Source: Camelus ferus
Taxonomy: Eukaryota
Direction: 5' to 3'
Assembly (NCBI RefSeq): GCF_009834535.1
Contig: NC_045707.1
Span: 60,390,001 to 60,454,000 of the forward strand
DNA length: 64,000 nt
Part shown: positions 1 to 13,724 of the stretch, one piece after another
How positions within the stretch are numbered: the stretch's first letter is position 1
Layout of the letters: the number at the start of each line of letters is the position of its first letter
Notes under the pieces: model-generated
What the model was told of the DNA's origin: nothing
Databases searched by the model: none
What the model saw: only the letters and a program-made list of their open reading frames with translations
Made by a program: the position numbers and the translations under genes

Positions 1-210
1 TTAGGAAATGAATATACCCTCTATTCAGATTTAGCTGTAAATTCCTTTGACTACTTTTCTCTTTACCATGAAAGAATAACCAAGCAGCTAAGGCAACTGC
101 AGGTCACTGATGCACCGAAAATTTTAAATATATGTAAAGATGACAAAATATTTTTTCAACCATGTAAGCTAGGACTGGGTTGGAGTAGAGATAAGAAAGG
201 AAGTGGGGAA

Positions 211-947
211 GGAATATTTGCACACGAGGAGACCAACAAGGGCTTAATTTTCAAAATATACAAACAGCTCATAAAGTTCAACATCAAAAAAACAAAAACC
301 CAATAAAAAAATGGGCAGAAGACGTAAAGAGACTCTCCATGAAGAAGATACACAAATAGCCAACAGGCACGTGAAAAGATGCTCAATATCATTAATTATT
401 AGAGAAATGCAAATCAAAACTAGAAAGAGGTATCACCTAACATTGGCCAGAATGACTATCATCAAAAAGCCTACAACTAGTAAATGCTGGAGAGGGTGTG
501 GAGAAAAGGGAACCCTCCTATACTGCTGGTGGGAATGTAGATTGGTGCAGCCACTATGGACAAGCAGCATGGAAGTTTCTTAAAAAACTAAAAATATAGT
601 TACTATATGATCTAGCAATTTCACTCCTGGGCATAAATCTGGAAAAGACTAAAACTTTAATTCAAAAAGACACATGCACCCCAATGTTCATAGCAGCACT
701 ATTTATAACAGCCAAGACATGGAAGCAGCCAGAGTGAATATTGACATATGAATGGTTTAAGATGTGCTATACACACACGTGCACATACACACACATATTT
801 ACACACATACACACATACATATATATATACACACATACAAACGCACACACACACACGCACACACACATATATAGACACACACACAATGGAATATTACTCA
901 GCCGTAAAAAAGACCGAAATAATGCTATTTGCAGCAACATGGATGAA
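211..947 (+). mobile_element. L1 LINE fragment (3' end of ORF2 and start of 3' UTR), degenerate, interrupted by a microsatellite
   Basis: ORF 311..583 translates to the L1 ORF2p C-terminus (…[61 protein letters not shown]). It is followed by the typical ATGGAATATTACTCAGCC segment. Confidence 0.95.
768..885. repeat. Compound (CA)n/(TA)n microsatellite inside L1
   Basis: Visible alternating CA/TA/CG tract; source of the spurious HT- and VC-rich ORFs at 699-1077. Confidence 0.95.
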
Positions 948-948
948 A

Positions 949-1188
949 GTTTTTCACTTTCAGCATTCAATAAATCATGTGAGATATTCAGCACTTTATT
1001 GTAAAATAGGCTTGTTGTTAGATTTTGCCCAACTGCAGGCTAACGTCAATATTCTGAACACATTTAAGGTAGGCTAGGCTATGATGGTTGGTAGGTTAGG
1101 TATATTAAAAGCATTTTTAACTTATAGTATTTCCAACCTACAATGGGTTTATCTGGATGTAACCCCATTGTAAGTCAAGAAAAATCTG
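949..1188 (-). mobile_element. Tigger-family DNA transposon fragment (MER47/Tigger5-like)
   Basis: Ends in …GGGTTTATCTGGATGTAACCCCATTGTAAGTCAAGAAAAATCTG followed by TA (1189-1190), resembling the MER47 terminal inverted repeat and TA target site. Confidence 0.8.
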
Positions 1189-1229
1189 TAGCTACCTGCC
1201 CAAACCCATAAAACATATGTCAGGAATGA

Positions 1230-1437
1230 ACCATAAAATAAACTATGGGCTTTGGGTGATAATGACTTCAATGTAGGTTAATAAATTATCATAAACGTAT
1301 CACTCTGTTGAGGGATGTTTATAATGGGGAGGCTATGCATGTGTGGGGACAGATGGCATATGACAAATCTTTATACCTTCCACCCAATTTTGCTGTGAAT
1401 GTAAAACTGCTGTAAAAAATGAAATCTACTTTTTTAA
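1230..1437 (+). mobile_element. Old L1M (L1MC-like) 3' UTR fragment
   Basis: AAACTATGGGCTTTGGGTGATAATGA…GGGGAGGCTATGCATGTGTGGGG…CAATTTTGCTGTGAA is characteristic of L1MC 3' ends. Confidence 0.75.
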
Positions 1438-1465
1438 ACTAATAATGATAATAATGATGATGACA

Positions 1466-1764
1466 TAGGTTCAAAATCCCTTATCCATAATTACAAAATC
1501 AAAAGATCTCTAAAAACCAGAGGCTTAAAAATAATTTTTCAGTGGCACAACCTGATTTGAATTAACATAAGACTGTTTATTACATACTTTGTGTGAGTAT
1601 TCATGCATTTCACTACAGAAATACTAATGTATTTGATTCGGGGGTGCTAGAGATGTTGTGCAAGATTCAGTATATCCACCTTACTTCTATTTTAAAATCT
1701 AAAACATTCTGAATTCCAAAATACATCTGATACCATGGGTTTCAGAGAAGGAACTATTGGCCTG
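1466..1764 (-). mobile_element. MER46C-like Tigger MITE, near full length
   Basis: Degenerate TIRs TAGGTTCAAAATCCCTTATCC… and …GAGAAGGAACTATTGGCCTG followed by TA. The interior follows the recalled MER46C consensus. Confidence 0.8.
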
Positions 1765-3226
1765 TAACATAATCGGTATTTACTGAGGACTTAAAATATT
1801 CTCGGAGCTATTCTAAGCACTTTATATTTGTTAAATCATTTCATCTAATTAGTGTAATTGTGGTGTTTCCAAAACTAGGGCATGTCCAAAAGGACATGCA
1901 ATCCAAGAGTGCTTGAACAAAGAAAAGAAAAGGTTTTGTATACCCCAGGTTTTGGAGAACTTTAATCACTCTCTCCATGTCACCTGGCAGGACTGAAGTC
2001 TCAGGGATCCAGCTTTAGAAAGTATGTACTTCAACTCCCCTGTTGCAGGTGGAGACAAGTTTTGAAATCTTTAATTAATTCATTAATTCAGTGAAGCTTA
2101 GAGAAAAAAGAAAAGAGCTCCTTCAATATTAGGTCCTATTTTTTTTTTTGACAACACCAATTTGTCAAAAATTAATTTGAAAGGAAAAAAAAAAGAAGCT
2201 AACAAGAATGAAAATCTAAATTATATTTCCTTTTACAGTCAAATCATTAGACAAACCGTACTCCATAGTTCGAACACACTACTTCTTGAATAGCAAATAT
2301 ATACTGGAGGTTTGAAAATTACTTACAGAAATAAATTTTTTATTGGATGAGAGGATTTCATTTTTCAACAGAGTACTGAATAAATATTTGTTGGTTTCTA
2401 AGGATGAATGACTAAGGAAAGATACTATATTTAATTAATACTGTAATTCCTTTCTTTAGTTATCCATTTCCTGATGCACAGAACTAAATCGAATCAATGG
2501 GAGATTGATTTCATACTAGGCTTGAATAGTGAAATATCACCAGTTAACCTAATATCCCGTATTACTCACTATGCCTCCATTATGTAGAAGAGAAAGGCTA
2601 AGCAGGTCTCAATTAGATGACATATCCTCATATTACATTGATTATAAGCTTACAAGCTTGACATCTACAACATCCTCTAATTTCAAGAGCTATGCAAATT
2701 AAGATAAATTAAAAAGCAACTGAAAGAACAGCCTCTCCCCTTGCTAACACAATATAAAGGCCATACAAGGCAATTTATCACAACTGAGTGAAGAGGTGGT
2801 ACTATTTTTAATATTCAGCTAATTCTTTGAACTGAAAATAGTTCAAGGTGGAATGCATCTTTGTCGTCTCTCTTAGTAGTGGTTTATAGAAGTAAAGTGG
2901 CTTTTGTCTGGAAATAGCAGACAAACTTATCCACAGGAATTATCATGAGAGATACAGAATTTTCACTTAATATGTCCAGATGCAATCCCAAATTACTGAC
3001 CACTGGACCTATGCCCTCCAGTTATTCACTAATTCAGCTCACTTGGTATAAACCTTATTTCCAGGTTCATTAACGAATAAGATAAAGTATCAGAATCAAC
3101 CAAGGCTCCTGCCTACCTTCAAAGAACAAAGAGCTTTTAGTCTAATGCAGAAGATAAGGATAATACATTGTTGAATTCAGTTCTGGAAAATCATTAAGAG
3201 TCTTTGGAAAGCAATGTTTGATCTAT

Positions 3227-3690
3227 TGTCTTAGTTGGATTCCCTGGAAGCAGACCCTGAGGTGAGGATTTGTGTGCAAGGAAGTGCTCCCAGAAGAAAA
3301 TGGTAAAGAAGAGAGAGAAGTGCAACAAAGAAGAAAAGGAAACCAAGAAGATTTTAATTTCAGCAAATTCCTGGGAGAGCAATTTCAGCCTGATTGCACA
3401 GGATGTTTCTGGAGTATAAACTGCAGCCTCAGAGCTGTTGTACCTTAAGGCTTGGGACTGGACTTCCATCTCCCTACGTGATCACTGGTTAGCTAAGCAT
3501 CACCCTAGGGTGTTATAAACTCCCGGTCCCTTTCAGTTCTCTGGGGCTGTGGGAAAAGCTGCTCCAGTAGTCTGAGGACTGTCCTTTAAGGAAGAGTGGC
3601 TGCTCAGGAGGTTGAAAGCAAAAGTATATTAAAGCTGGGAGAGGGGTACCCAGAAGAGGTAAAAGGAGTCTGCAGATACCTGTACAAGCA
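3227..3690 (-). mobile_element. ERVL LTR (LTR16/LTR33 group), degenerate
   Basis: Starts TGTCTTAGTTGGATTCCCTGGAAGCAGACCCTGAG, the reverse complement of an LTR16-type 3' end. The far boundary is uncertain. Confidence 0.6.
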
Positions 3691-4299
3691 GTGGCAATGT
3701 CCAGTATCAAGATAGGTGGGGAAAAAATTGAGAAAACACTTCCAATATAATTAATTACTCCCCCCCTCAAAAAAAAAAAAAAACCTGACAACACATGACT
3801 TGAATGAGATACAGTAAGTTGGAATTCAATTATAAATAGCAAAAGCTTATTAGGTGTTTCTTGCAGAATGGTATCTAATGCAGGGATTTAGGTGTTTAGC
3901 CCATCATTGGAAGAACTAGTGGACAGTTATAGGTTGGGCTTCCAGGAATGGTTCCCAGTAGGAACGACCTAGAAGGAGAGGAACAGAGCTTCTATCTCAG
4001 CCACAGTCAGGAAGCTGACAACTCAGAACTGCCACTGCAGCTGTTGCTTGAGGAGCACATCTCAGCTGCAGTCTAGGGAAGGGCTTTGTTCCAGAGCCAC
4101 ACTGCACCTGGTGGAGACTTGGCAGCAAGATACATGAGTAAATGAATAAATGAATCAATTATCAGATCAGTGGAAGTGTTTTCCTTGATGTTTTAATTGC
4201 TAAAATATAATATCTTGTAAGATTTCTACTTAGAATCAAACTGGAAAAATAATAAACTATAAAATATAGAAACATACTTTGCTCTATGTGGAGAGTAAA

Positions 4300-5352
4300 T
4301 AAGCAGCTTTGTTTTATAACAATCTCCTATCTTTTTTTTTTCCAACCTCCTTTACCTATTTCTCCCACTGCTCACCCCCCACCTCTGGCAACCACCAATC
4401 TGGTCTCTGTGACTATGAGCTTGGATTTTATTTGTTTTTTAGATTTCACATACAAGAGAGCTCATATGGTATTTTTCTCTGTCTGACTTAATTTCCTTAG
4501 CATAATGCCCTCAAGGTCTGTTCATATTGTTGCAAATGGCAAGAATTCATTCACTTTTTATGGTTGACTAATATTCCATTGTGTATATATGTACCACATC
4601 TTCTTTATCAATTTATCTATCAATGGACATTTAGGCTGCTTCCGTATCTTGGCTACTGTAAACAATGCTGCAATGAACGTAGGGATGCAGGTATCTTTTC
4701 CAGTTAGTGTTTTTATTTTCTTTAAATACCCAGAAGTCAAATTGCTGAATCATATGGTGATTCTATTTTTAATTTTTTGAGGACCCTATGGTTTTCTATG
4801 GTGGCTGTGCCAATTTACATTCCCACCAACACTGCACAAGAGTTCCCTTTTCTCCCCATCTTCTCCAATGCTTGTTATTTCTTGCCTTTTTTATAATAGT
4901 CATTCCAACAGGTGTGAGGTGATATCTCACTGTGCTTTTGATTTGCCTTTCCCTGATAATTAATGACATTGAGCATCTTTTCATGTACCAGTTGGCCATC
5001 TATATTTCTTCTTTAGAAAAATGTCTATTCAGCTCTTCTGCCCATTTTTTAATTGGATTATTTATGGTTTTGCTATTGAGTAGCATGAATTCTTTACATA
5101 TTTTGGATACTAGCCCCCCTTATCAGATATATGATTTGCAAATATTTTCTCTCATTCAGTAAGTTGACTTTTCATTGTGTTGACTGTTTCCTTTGCTATG
5201 CAGAAGCTTTTTTTTTTTTTTTTTTTTTTTTTCAGTTTGAAGCAGTCCCACATGTTTATTTTTGCTTTTCTTGCTTTTGGTGTCAGATGTAAGAAATCAT
5301 CACCAAAGAACTTAACTGCCTATGTTTTCTTCTAGGGGTTTTATGGTTTCAG
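4300..5352 (-). mobile_element. L1 LINE 3' fragment (L1MA-like), ORF2 C-terminus and 3' UTR
   Basis: Minus-strand ORFs 4796..4999 and 4558..4740 are ORF2p C-terminal remnants ([27 protein letters not shown]…CWWECKL; FIAALFTVAKI.KQPKCP). Confidence 0.95.
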
Positions 5353-5896
5353 CTTTTTTAATTTCTAAGTGCTCTAAGAATATAGTTCTGAATGTGTCAT
5401 GGAATCCTCCTTGTAGAATGTGTGTATCTTTTATTGTCTTCATTGTAGTAGTTGGATACCTTTTCTCAGATAACGTTACTCAAATTTCTCAGTTCATGAA
5501 GATGTTCCTGGGAGCTTGTGTTAATAGTAGCAATAGTTTTAATCTTTACCTATAGAGTTAATCAATACAATGATTATCTACTTCTTTGCATTAAAAACTG
5601 TACAGTTTAAGAGCTTCCAAATATGTATATAATGAGCATGTGTAACAATCAGTGGTGACCAGATGAGAAAGTTCATTATTCAGCTGAACACTATTCATCA
5701 TGAGAAGAGGTTTGAGTGCTGAGGTATTCTTTGGTTTCAATATCAGAACATGCTTGCAGGGTCACCCCAGTTCTTTGCTAGATATCAAAATGAGCAGGCT
5801 CTAAAACACCCAGGTGAAGGGTTATTTTCATGAGAAGTTACTGGAAGTGAAAAGATTTTAGAATTTTAAGAATTTGTGAAAAAATATATCTTCTTC

Positions 5897-6240
5897 CATG
5901 GATAAGGAAAATGTGGTGTGTATATATATATATACAACAAACTAGTGAATACAACAACAAAAGAAACAGACTCAGATCTAGAGAACAAACTAGTGGTTAC
6001 CAGTGTGGAGAGGGAAGCAGGGAGGGGCATTATAGGGGTAGAGTATTAAAATGTACAAACTATTATGTATAAAATAAGGTACAAGGATATATTGCACAAC
6101 ACAGGGAATATAGGCAGTATTTTATACTAACTATAAATGGAGCACAACATTTAAAATTTGTGAATCACTATACTGTACACCTGTAACTTATATCATATTG
6201 TACATCAACTATAGTTCAAAAATAAACAAATAAGTAAGAC
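5897..6240 (+). mobile_element. 5'-truncated L1 3' UTR insertion with TSD
   Basis: L1 3' UTR motifs (AGAAACAGACTCAGAT…CACAGGGAATATAG…TGTACATCAACTATA) and an A-rich tail. The 13-bp TSD ATATATCTTCTTC lies at 5884-5896 and 6241-6253. Confidence 0.9.
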
Positions 6241-6459
6241 ATATATCTTCTTCTAGACTGAGCTTAAATGACATACTATTTCATGCTGTGTAGGTCATCT
6301 TTTAAAATGCCTTTTAAAATTTTATTTTCACAAAGAACTTCCTTATTTCAAATTTTCTTCTTACATTAAACAAACTGATTCTAAACTGACTACAGTAGAT
6401 AGGTCTAAATAGTATACTTTCTATTAGATTTTACTTCATTATAAGAAATTCATCTATGA

Positions 6460-6965
6460 ATTTGTTGTTTTAATTAAAATTATACATACACACAATAGAA
6501 ACTTAAAAACCAAAAAATGCCTAGAAAAAAAATCACCAAAATTCCATTATACATAAATAACCACAAATAACATTTTAGTGAGTATCTTTCTAAAGAGAAG
6601 GATATAAGTTTACATAAATGAGATCATGCTTAAGGCATTTTTTACTTTTTTTTTTTTTTCACTCAACACTATGTCAGGAACATCTCTCCACGTCAGGAAA
6701 TATTGAGCTACATCAGGTTTAATGGCTTAAGAACTGTATTGCATTTATGTGCAATAATTTACCTAATCAGTTTCCCATTGATAGATGCCTAGGATGTTTC
6801 CAATTTTTGTACATTAAGGACAGATTTACAGGAACCATTCACTTGCCTACATCTTTTCACATTTATATCTCCTTAGGGCAAATGCTTAGAAGAGGGAGTA
6901 CTGTGTCAGAGTCTGATGTTTTATGAGTTGCCAAACTGTGTTCCAGAATGGACCATGGTTTTACA
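6460..6965 (-). mobile_element. Ancient L1ME-like fragment
   Basis: Degenerate antisense L1 3' motifs (TTTACCTAATCAGTTTCCCATTGATAGATGCCTAGGATGTTTCCAATTTTT; TTGCCAAACTGTGTTCCAGAA). Confidence 0.6.
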
Positions 6966-8049
6966 GCATCCTTCCTTCTATTCAACGCATAACCCCACAT
7001 GTGACTTAAAACACACACACACAAAAACACAACTTCATTCCCTGAGGAATCTAGAAACAGTTTTCTTTAGCATTTAGCATCTAGAACCATTTTCTCTGAA
7101 GCATTTCTCATTAAAATATGAGTCTCTAAGAATTAAAATAAATAATTCCCACTAAAATTGTTCTCAAAAATTTTAATTCCATGATAGTTTTAGGATGATG
7201 TAATAAGGTTTCAAGAAAAATAAAAACTGATTGCTTTCCTCACTAGCATTTAAAACTCTTGTTACATAGGGAAGATTTGAAATGTATTCACTCTGAAAAT
7301 ATCCACTTTCCTGCAATTAAAGCAATTGAAAAGTGAGTTAAAATATAGTCATATTAATTTTAGAAAATGTACAGATCAGTTATTCTTATTCAGGACAAGA
7401 ACCATTTGATCAAAGCAACGAATAGGGAAGAAATTGCCATTTTTAGTGAAAAAATTGAAAGTGATCCTGTCATCCCATCCAAGTTTGAGATAAGAGGTTT
7501 GCTGTGCTTAAACAAAGTCCCTGATATTTAATAATCTGTACATATTAGAAAGCCTAGTCCTAGAGCATTTGAAATAAGGAAGATCTTATTCATAGGAAGA
7601 ACAAATATGAAAACTTTATTTGCTGTCTAGATATGAAAGATAGATGTCTTCTATCTATATGACTGACTTAGAGATAAAATCAATGATTGGTCCTCACCAC
7701 TGGAAATCCACTAGTCAGAGCCTATGGCTCTGACATCTGCTGTGTCTGGGGATCCATATTCTCTATGGAAACTGAGCACAGTCAATGCTGGTGCGGTTTG
7801 CAATGTCTCTATTCCTTTTAAGTCCAAGAGTGAACATGTGCACGAATGATTATGTGAGGTTCAATAGGAAGACTGCTGCTTTGGGAGAATAATTTTGTAA
7901 ACAGGCATTAAAGCCTTTATTTTCTTTGACTACGAAAAGTTTATAAGCACGATCCCTCTTCCTTTGCTCTGTATACACATGGTTTATGCTGCACTTTTGC
8001 TCTTTATTTTGCTGTTTAAATTAAATCTCTATTATTATTCACTTACATC

Positions 8050-8575
8050 ACTTCATTATGTATTTACTGAAAACCTCCTATAGGCTAGAAATGGTTCCAA
8101 GCATTGAGGACATAGCAGTCAATGTAAGTCATTCTCTCTCCTAAAGAAGCTTAAATTCTGATAAATTAAATGAGTGGTGATATCAGTTTCTCATGGAAAA
8201 ACAGGGTAGGTAAGAGGGATAGAGAATAACTTGTAGGGGTGATGGAGTGCTACATCAGATACATGTCAAGGAGAGCCTCTCTGAAGAGGTGACATCTGAG
8301 CAGAGGCCAAGGAAGTGAGAAGTGAGTCATACAATACATGGAGTAAGAGGGTAACATTCTAGGCAAAGTGAACAGGAGATAAGCTGTAAGAGAGTTTTCA
8401 GAGAATTATTCTGACTGCTCTGTAGGGGGGCTATTTCCTGATATAAAGAAGATCGTCGGATGACCAGCATTGGAAGAAAAACTCAAGTATTTGCTGTTTG
8501 GTGTGCTGAATTTGAGACATCGGAGGGGAGATGTCAAGAAGACAGTTTGATACATATGTATTAAGTCCAGAAAAG
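8050..8575 (-). mobile_element. L2 LINE fragment
   Basis: TATTTACTGA…GGACATAGCAGT…GAGCCTCTCTGAAGAGGTGACATCTGAGCAGAG, the typical antisense L2 3' region. Confidence 0.7.
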
Positions 8576-9976
8576 ACACCTAAAGATGTGTGTCATAAAA
8601 TGAATCATACTGTCTCAGGATTAGACGGATCCTTTGAGTATGACCTATCCCAAACACCTATCAGATGCTTGAATCTTTCTATGATATTCGTGCCCATTGA
8701 TTATACAGGCTAATTCAAACCTGTCCAGCAATGGGTAACTCATTATCCCAGTGACCATGAAACAGCCCCCTCTAGGCTAAGACCATGCTGACCAGAAAAA
8801 AATTCTTCTTGATTATAATAAAAATCAATCTCTCCATAAATTCTACCCCCCAGTCCTAGATCCATCCATTTGATTCCTTCAAAAGATGTCTATGCAAACT
8901 AGTATCTAGCCAAATATAGAAAAAAGACTTTCAAGTTCTTTTGAGAAAGAACTATTCAATTTTTAGAGCTATCCTAAATTTAGGTTTGGCATCACATAAG
9001 GGGATGAAGTTACAGAGTGAACTAATTTAGAGAAAAGTTAGATAAAGATTCCAAGGATTCAAGCATCAGCTAGATTTCTGAGAGTCCTTCTGAGGTTAAT
9101 GTTCTAACTCTGATAAAGTCCATTGCCCATTGACAGTATATTAAGTAAATATATCATAACCTATATTTAATACTGGTTAAGGAGGATGGATCACTCTGTA
9201 TTAAAGTGCTGTGTGCCTGCTCTAAAAATCTCAACTCCATATGTTGAAATCTATTTTTATCATTGACATATTTTGAAGTCAGAAATAATATCAGCAGTCT
9301 GGTCCCCTCCAGAGACATAATCTCTTTAAAAGCTGTGTTCCAGCAATAGACATCTGCAGAGAGAAATAAATTCCCCAGCTTGGCTCCTATTTCAAAGTGG
9401 CCATTTTTATAGAAAATGGGGGGAAGGATTTTTTTTACCTCCTCCTGAGGCACCATAAGTCCCTAAAGGGTTAACCTAAATCAAAAATAAATACGCTTCA
9501 AATTGGACAAACATAAAAAATGATATAGCAAGTTAGACACTGCACATTTGCTTTGGTTTTATCTCTAAGTTTAAATTTCAAGAGGTTCATGGTTCATGTC
9601 AAAATAACCTGTTGGTTCTTCCATAAATTTAACAGGATCAATGAGGATAAAGTATGAGAATTTCTGTGCTTATCCAGAGTTTTGAAATGTCACCAAACTC
9701 AGAAAATAGAGTTCTATTTCAAAAGTATTGAAGTAATGGACTTAAAATGAAAGTTTCAACCTGCTCATTTTCAGAGTACTGTGAAATGCCTACATTCATT
9801 TATTTATTCAGCAAACATTCCTAGAGTTTACTACGTGTTGTGACAGGGCCAGGCAATGAGAAATTCATTTTGTACCTCTTTGAAGGAAAAATAGGCTGCA
9901 GAATAGAAAGATAGTGTGAAAAATGAAGAAACTGTTGGCCCAATCATCACTGGATATCAATCCATTTCAGTCACCA

Positions 9977-10497
9977 GGTAATAGGAAAGAACAAATCTGA
10001 CTCCGTATTAGACCTCTTTCTTCCTTTAGCTCTAACCCTGTGTTCTGCTTCCTGTGCTGAGTCATGCTGGTTCTAAACCTTTTGTAAAAGAATGTTGCCT
10101 ACAGCCTGAAATATATAGTATAGCCCATTCTCAAGGATCTGACCTTTAAGGGTATATAACATTTTCTCATTTACATAGAAATTAAAAGTTGCAGAACAGA
10201 GAATAACATTTGTCTTGTTGGAGGTTTACAGGAACATCATGAACTGACCTACGTGGACAGCTGCAAGAACAAAGGATCTGGACACCAAGAAGTTTACAAC
10301 AACCACACTACCCCTCCATTTTTACTATAAAAGGAGCCTGAATTCTGACTTGAGGAAGATGGTTCTCGGGGGCATTAGTCCCTCATCTTCTCGGTCTGCT
10401 GGCTTCTGAATAAAGTCGTTATTCTTTCCCCAACACCTCATCTCCCAATTTATTGGCCTGCCATGCAGCGAGAAGGACGAGCTTGGACTTGGTAGCA
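9977..10497 (+). mobile_element. ERV1 (MER4-group-like) solo LTR
   Basis: TATAAAA at 10326-10332, AATAAA at 10409-10414, a U5-like end …GAGCTTGGACTTGGTAGCA, and flanks ACCA/ACTA consistent with a 4-bp TSD. Confidence 0.85.
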
Positions 10498-11904
10498 ACT
10501 ATATCCTGTACAAGACGACCCAACCATGGAAACAGAATACATTATTATGAAATACTTTTTCTGCTACTAGTCTAACTGATGAAAAGTAAGCAAACTTTCC
10601 CCAGTGATTTATGTTCTGAATTATGCTGAGAGTTCTTTCTTCTAATGTGAACATTTCATGCAACATTCACAAGTACTTGTTGAGTTTGTTACTTAAAGAT
10701 GTAAATAAGTATTTGCACACTTGCATCACTACATTTTACTCTGGAGTCGTAAAATGCTCAGTTGGAAAAGTACTTAGCCAGGTGATAAAATAATTTCAGT
10801 TTTATATCTGCACATAATTTCTTCCTCTTTAAATATAGTTTTCACTGCAAAAATGGGAATGGGAGAGAAGGCTTATGGGAATCCTAAGACGATGTTGCTC
10901 TCACAGTTTTGAAGGCACGGCAGCTGTTGCTGCAGAATTCCTCACCCCTCGGACCACCCTAAATCTGCAAGGCCTGGCAGGGCTTCAGACTGAGCCAGAA
11001 TCCCTTGGGCGAATCAGAATTTCATGTGGCCCCAGTAAACCGCATCACCGCCCTGTGTGGAGATAACTTGAGCTTTTTAAGTTACCGATATCAGAAATAG
11101 CTGAAATATTTTTAATTTTTATTTTTATCCACAGAGAAAATAGAAACAGTTAAAGACAATAGAAAGAATTTAAAAGAGGATTTTGTTTATCCCAGTACTT
11201 CAAAAAAGGAACCTGAAAAAAATATTTCAAAGGCATCCTTGCCAGGAAGTCAACCTCTGTCCAGAGGGCTGCAGGAATAGGGTCTCTGTGTTGGTCCTTG
11301 TCAAAACATACTGTCCTTGTTGACAAAATCCCCAAGAGGCCACAGCTTGAATTCTGTCCTCACTGGACCACAATACACACAATCCAAAAAGGGAAGAGGA
11401 AGTGATATCAATAATGGCTTTCTGGATTTGGGATTCTCTTTTTTTTTTTTTTTTTTTAAAGCACAAGATCCTTTCTTCAAAAGAAATCACAGCAGGGAGT
11501 CCAAACTGTAAAACAAATAAAATGACAAGACGAGAGGTGCTTTTGGCTTCAAATGGGGCTGGTAAGAGGTTCTTATTCTAACCCTGACTCATCTTTTAAT
11601 GAATCCTCATCATTATTTTAATTTAGATCATGCAGACAGACAAGCTTTCCTACATTTTGCTACATGTGACATCAAATCTAATCACAATGTCCAGGTGGCC
11701 TGTAGTTAGCTCTGATTCTGATTTTAGCCCAGAGCCTGACAGATGTGTCCCGATTCAGTGAGTAAAAACTAATTATAGTTATATTAAAAAAAAGAAGAAG
11801 AAAACTACATGAATATACTGTGCTTAAAGTGACAAAGCGGTGAGAGTAGGGACTCATTCCCACATCACGGAGTCTGGCGCCATGAAGTTCATGACTTCTG
11901 GAAT

Positions 11905-12100
11905 TATAATGTCTTGGTTAAAAATCCAGCCTCTATGCGTGCTACCTTTATCAAATAGTTAACCCTTTCAAAGACCCTGTTATGGCTGTCTATAAAATGT
12001 GGATAATAATAATAGTGCCTACCTCACAGAGCTGTTATGAGTATTAAGTGAATAAAGTTCCTAGAACATAGTAAGTGCTCAGTAAATATTAGTTACTACT
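11905..12100 (+). mobile_element. MIR SINE
   Basis: MIR core TATAAAATGTGGATAATAATAGTGCCTACCTCACAGAGCTGTTATGAG and tail ACATAGTAAGTGCTCAGTAAATATTAG. Confidence 0.8.
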
Positions 12101-13724
12101 CTTCATGGACTGTGATGCTGCACTCTGCCCTATGAGGATGGTACCAGTACAAGTGGTGTCCCAGCTTCAGTGCAGCAAATTGGTGTGGACTTGGCTTCAG
12201 TGAATAATAGTCATCTTTGGCATATTAAAGACTCCAGCAGCCAAAGCTCCTGCCGCCATCAGGTCTACTACCCATCAACAGACCCTCTTGTTACCACAGC
12301 AGCAGGAGGCTGTGTCTGTTGGTGGTGGAGTGGTGCTGGACTCCGGAGATAGTGAAAATCTCCTTCACACAGCTTTGAGGGTGCTAGAGGCCTCCTTACT
12401 CAGGCAAGGCAAATTCCCTGAGATAGTCAAGAGTTCAACATGTTCAGAGAACAGCAAAATGGCCAGGCTACAGTGGAGTGAACAAGGGAAGACAGAAGGA
12501 GGTGAGGCAAGAGAGGCGACAGGTCCAGATCATGGGGCATCTTACAGGCTCTTATACAACTTTGGACTTTTAATCTGAATGAGATGGAGAGCCATTGCAG
12601 GAATCTGAGAAGTGAAAAATCATTAGCTTGGCTGAAGTAAATGCCTAGATAAGACTCTGAACCAAGTGGCCCATCAGTTCTAAGAAACTAAGCGTCCATA
12701 CAAGGTCAAGTGAACTGGGTGTGCTTTGATCTTGGTAGTCAAGTTAACTACACACAGGTCATTCATTGCAAACTCAGAGTAGATTTTGCAGGTTTTAATA
12801 GCATCCAGACTGAGTGTAGAAATCATTAGCAGTATCTGGATAACTGTCAAACTTCCTTTAGATGCTGTTTCTACAGTATTATTTACTGAGTTAGTGAACT
12901 GTGAAATACAGGTCAAGTATAACAGCCCCAAAGTCTAGTTCAAATCTGAAGCAATTGGAAGTTAGTGTTTGTACCATCTACGGGTCACTGAAAGTGCTAA
13001 TCCACATTGGAATAGTACAGATCTGATGGAAGCAGAAACGAGGAAAAGTCTAGAAATGTCAGGAGACATTCAGCAACAACTACTCCCAAACCAAAGATTG
13101 TGTATACATACCTCAAATTTACAACAGGCTCAAGCCCTCTGACAGGCAGGGTTTCTTACCCACAGCAAATATTTGCTGAGTGGGTTTTATTTTAATATAA
13201 TGTGTCAGCATTTCCTACTCTCTGGATCTAAAGCCAATCCCATCAATCATCTTTAAGGCTAGCTCTGTCATAAACACCCCAATGAGCTGAGGCAGTATTT
13301 TCTAAGAACTAGCAGTTACATGCCCCTTTAATCTCTCTGTTGTAGGAATCTGTTCCAATATCTGGTCACCCCACCCAAGAGATGAGCTACAGAGTAAATG
13401 CTCAAAGATTAACACATCTGGAACATTCACAGCACTTTGTGTGTTGAAACATCAAGTGAAACTTCTGTAAAAGCTCTTACCTTAATTATTGTTATTTCCT
13501 GATAGTGGTCCCTAACCATTAACAATGTGATTCATGGAATTACAGTTAAAAAAAACCAAACCATCAAGGTCTTCACAGATGAGGAAATCAAAGTCCAAAG
13601 AGGTTAAGGGATTTTTTCCTGGGTCTCAAAGCAAGTTAGTTGCAAAGCCACAACTTTAGTTCATGTCCCATGACTGTCAGCTCAGGGTTTCTTCCACTTC
13701 GTGATGCTTCCACTCAAGCTGGGT

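Noticed and set aside
699..1077. Overlapping ORFs rich in HT or VC repeats
   Set aside because: Translations of the CA/TA microsatellite plus L1 and Tigger sequence.
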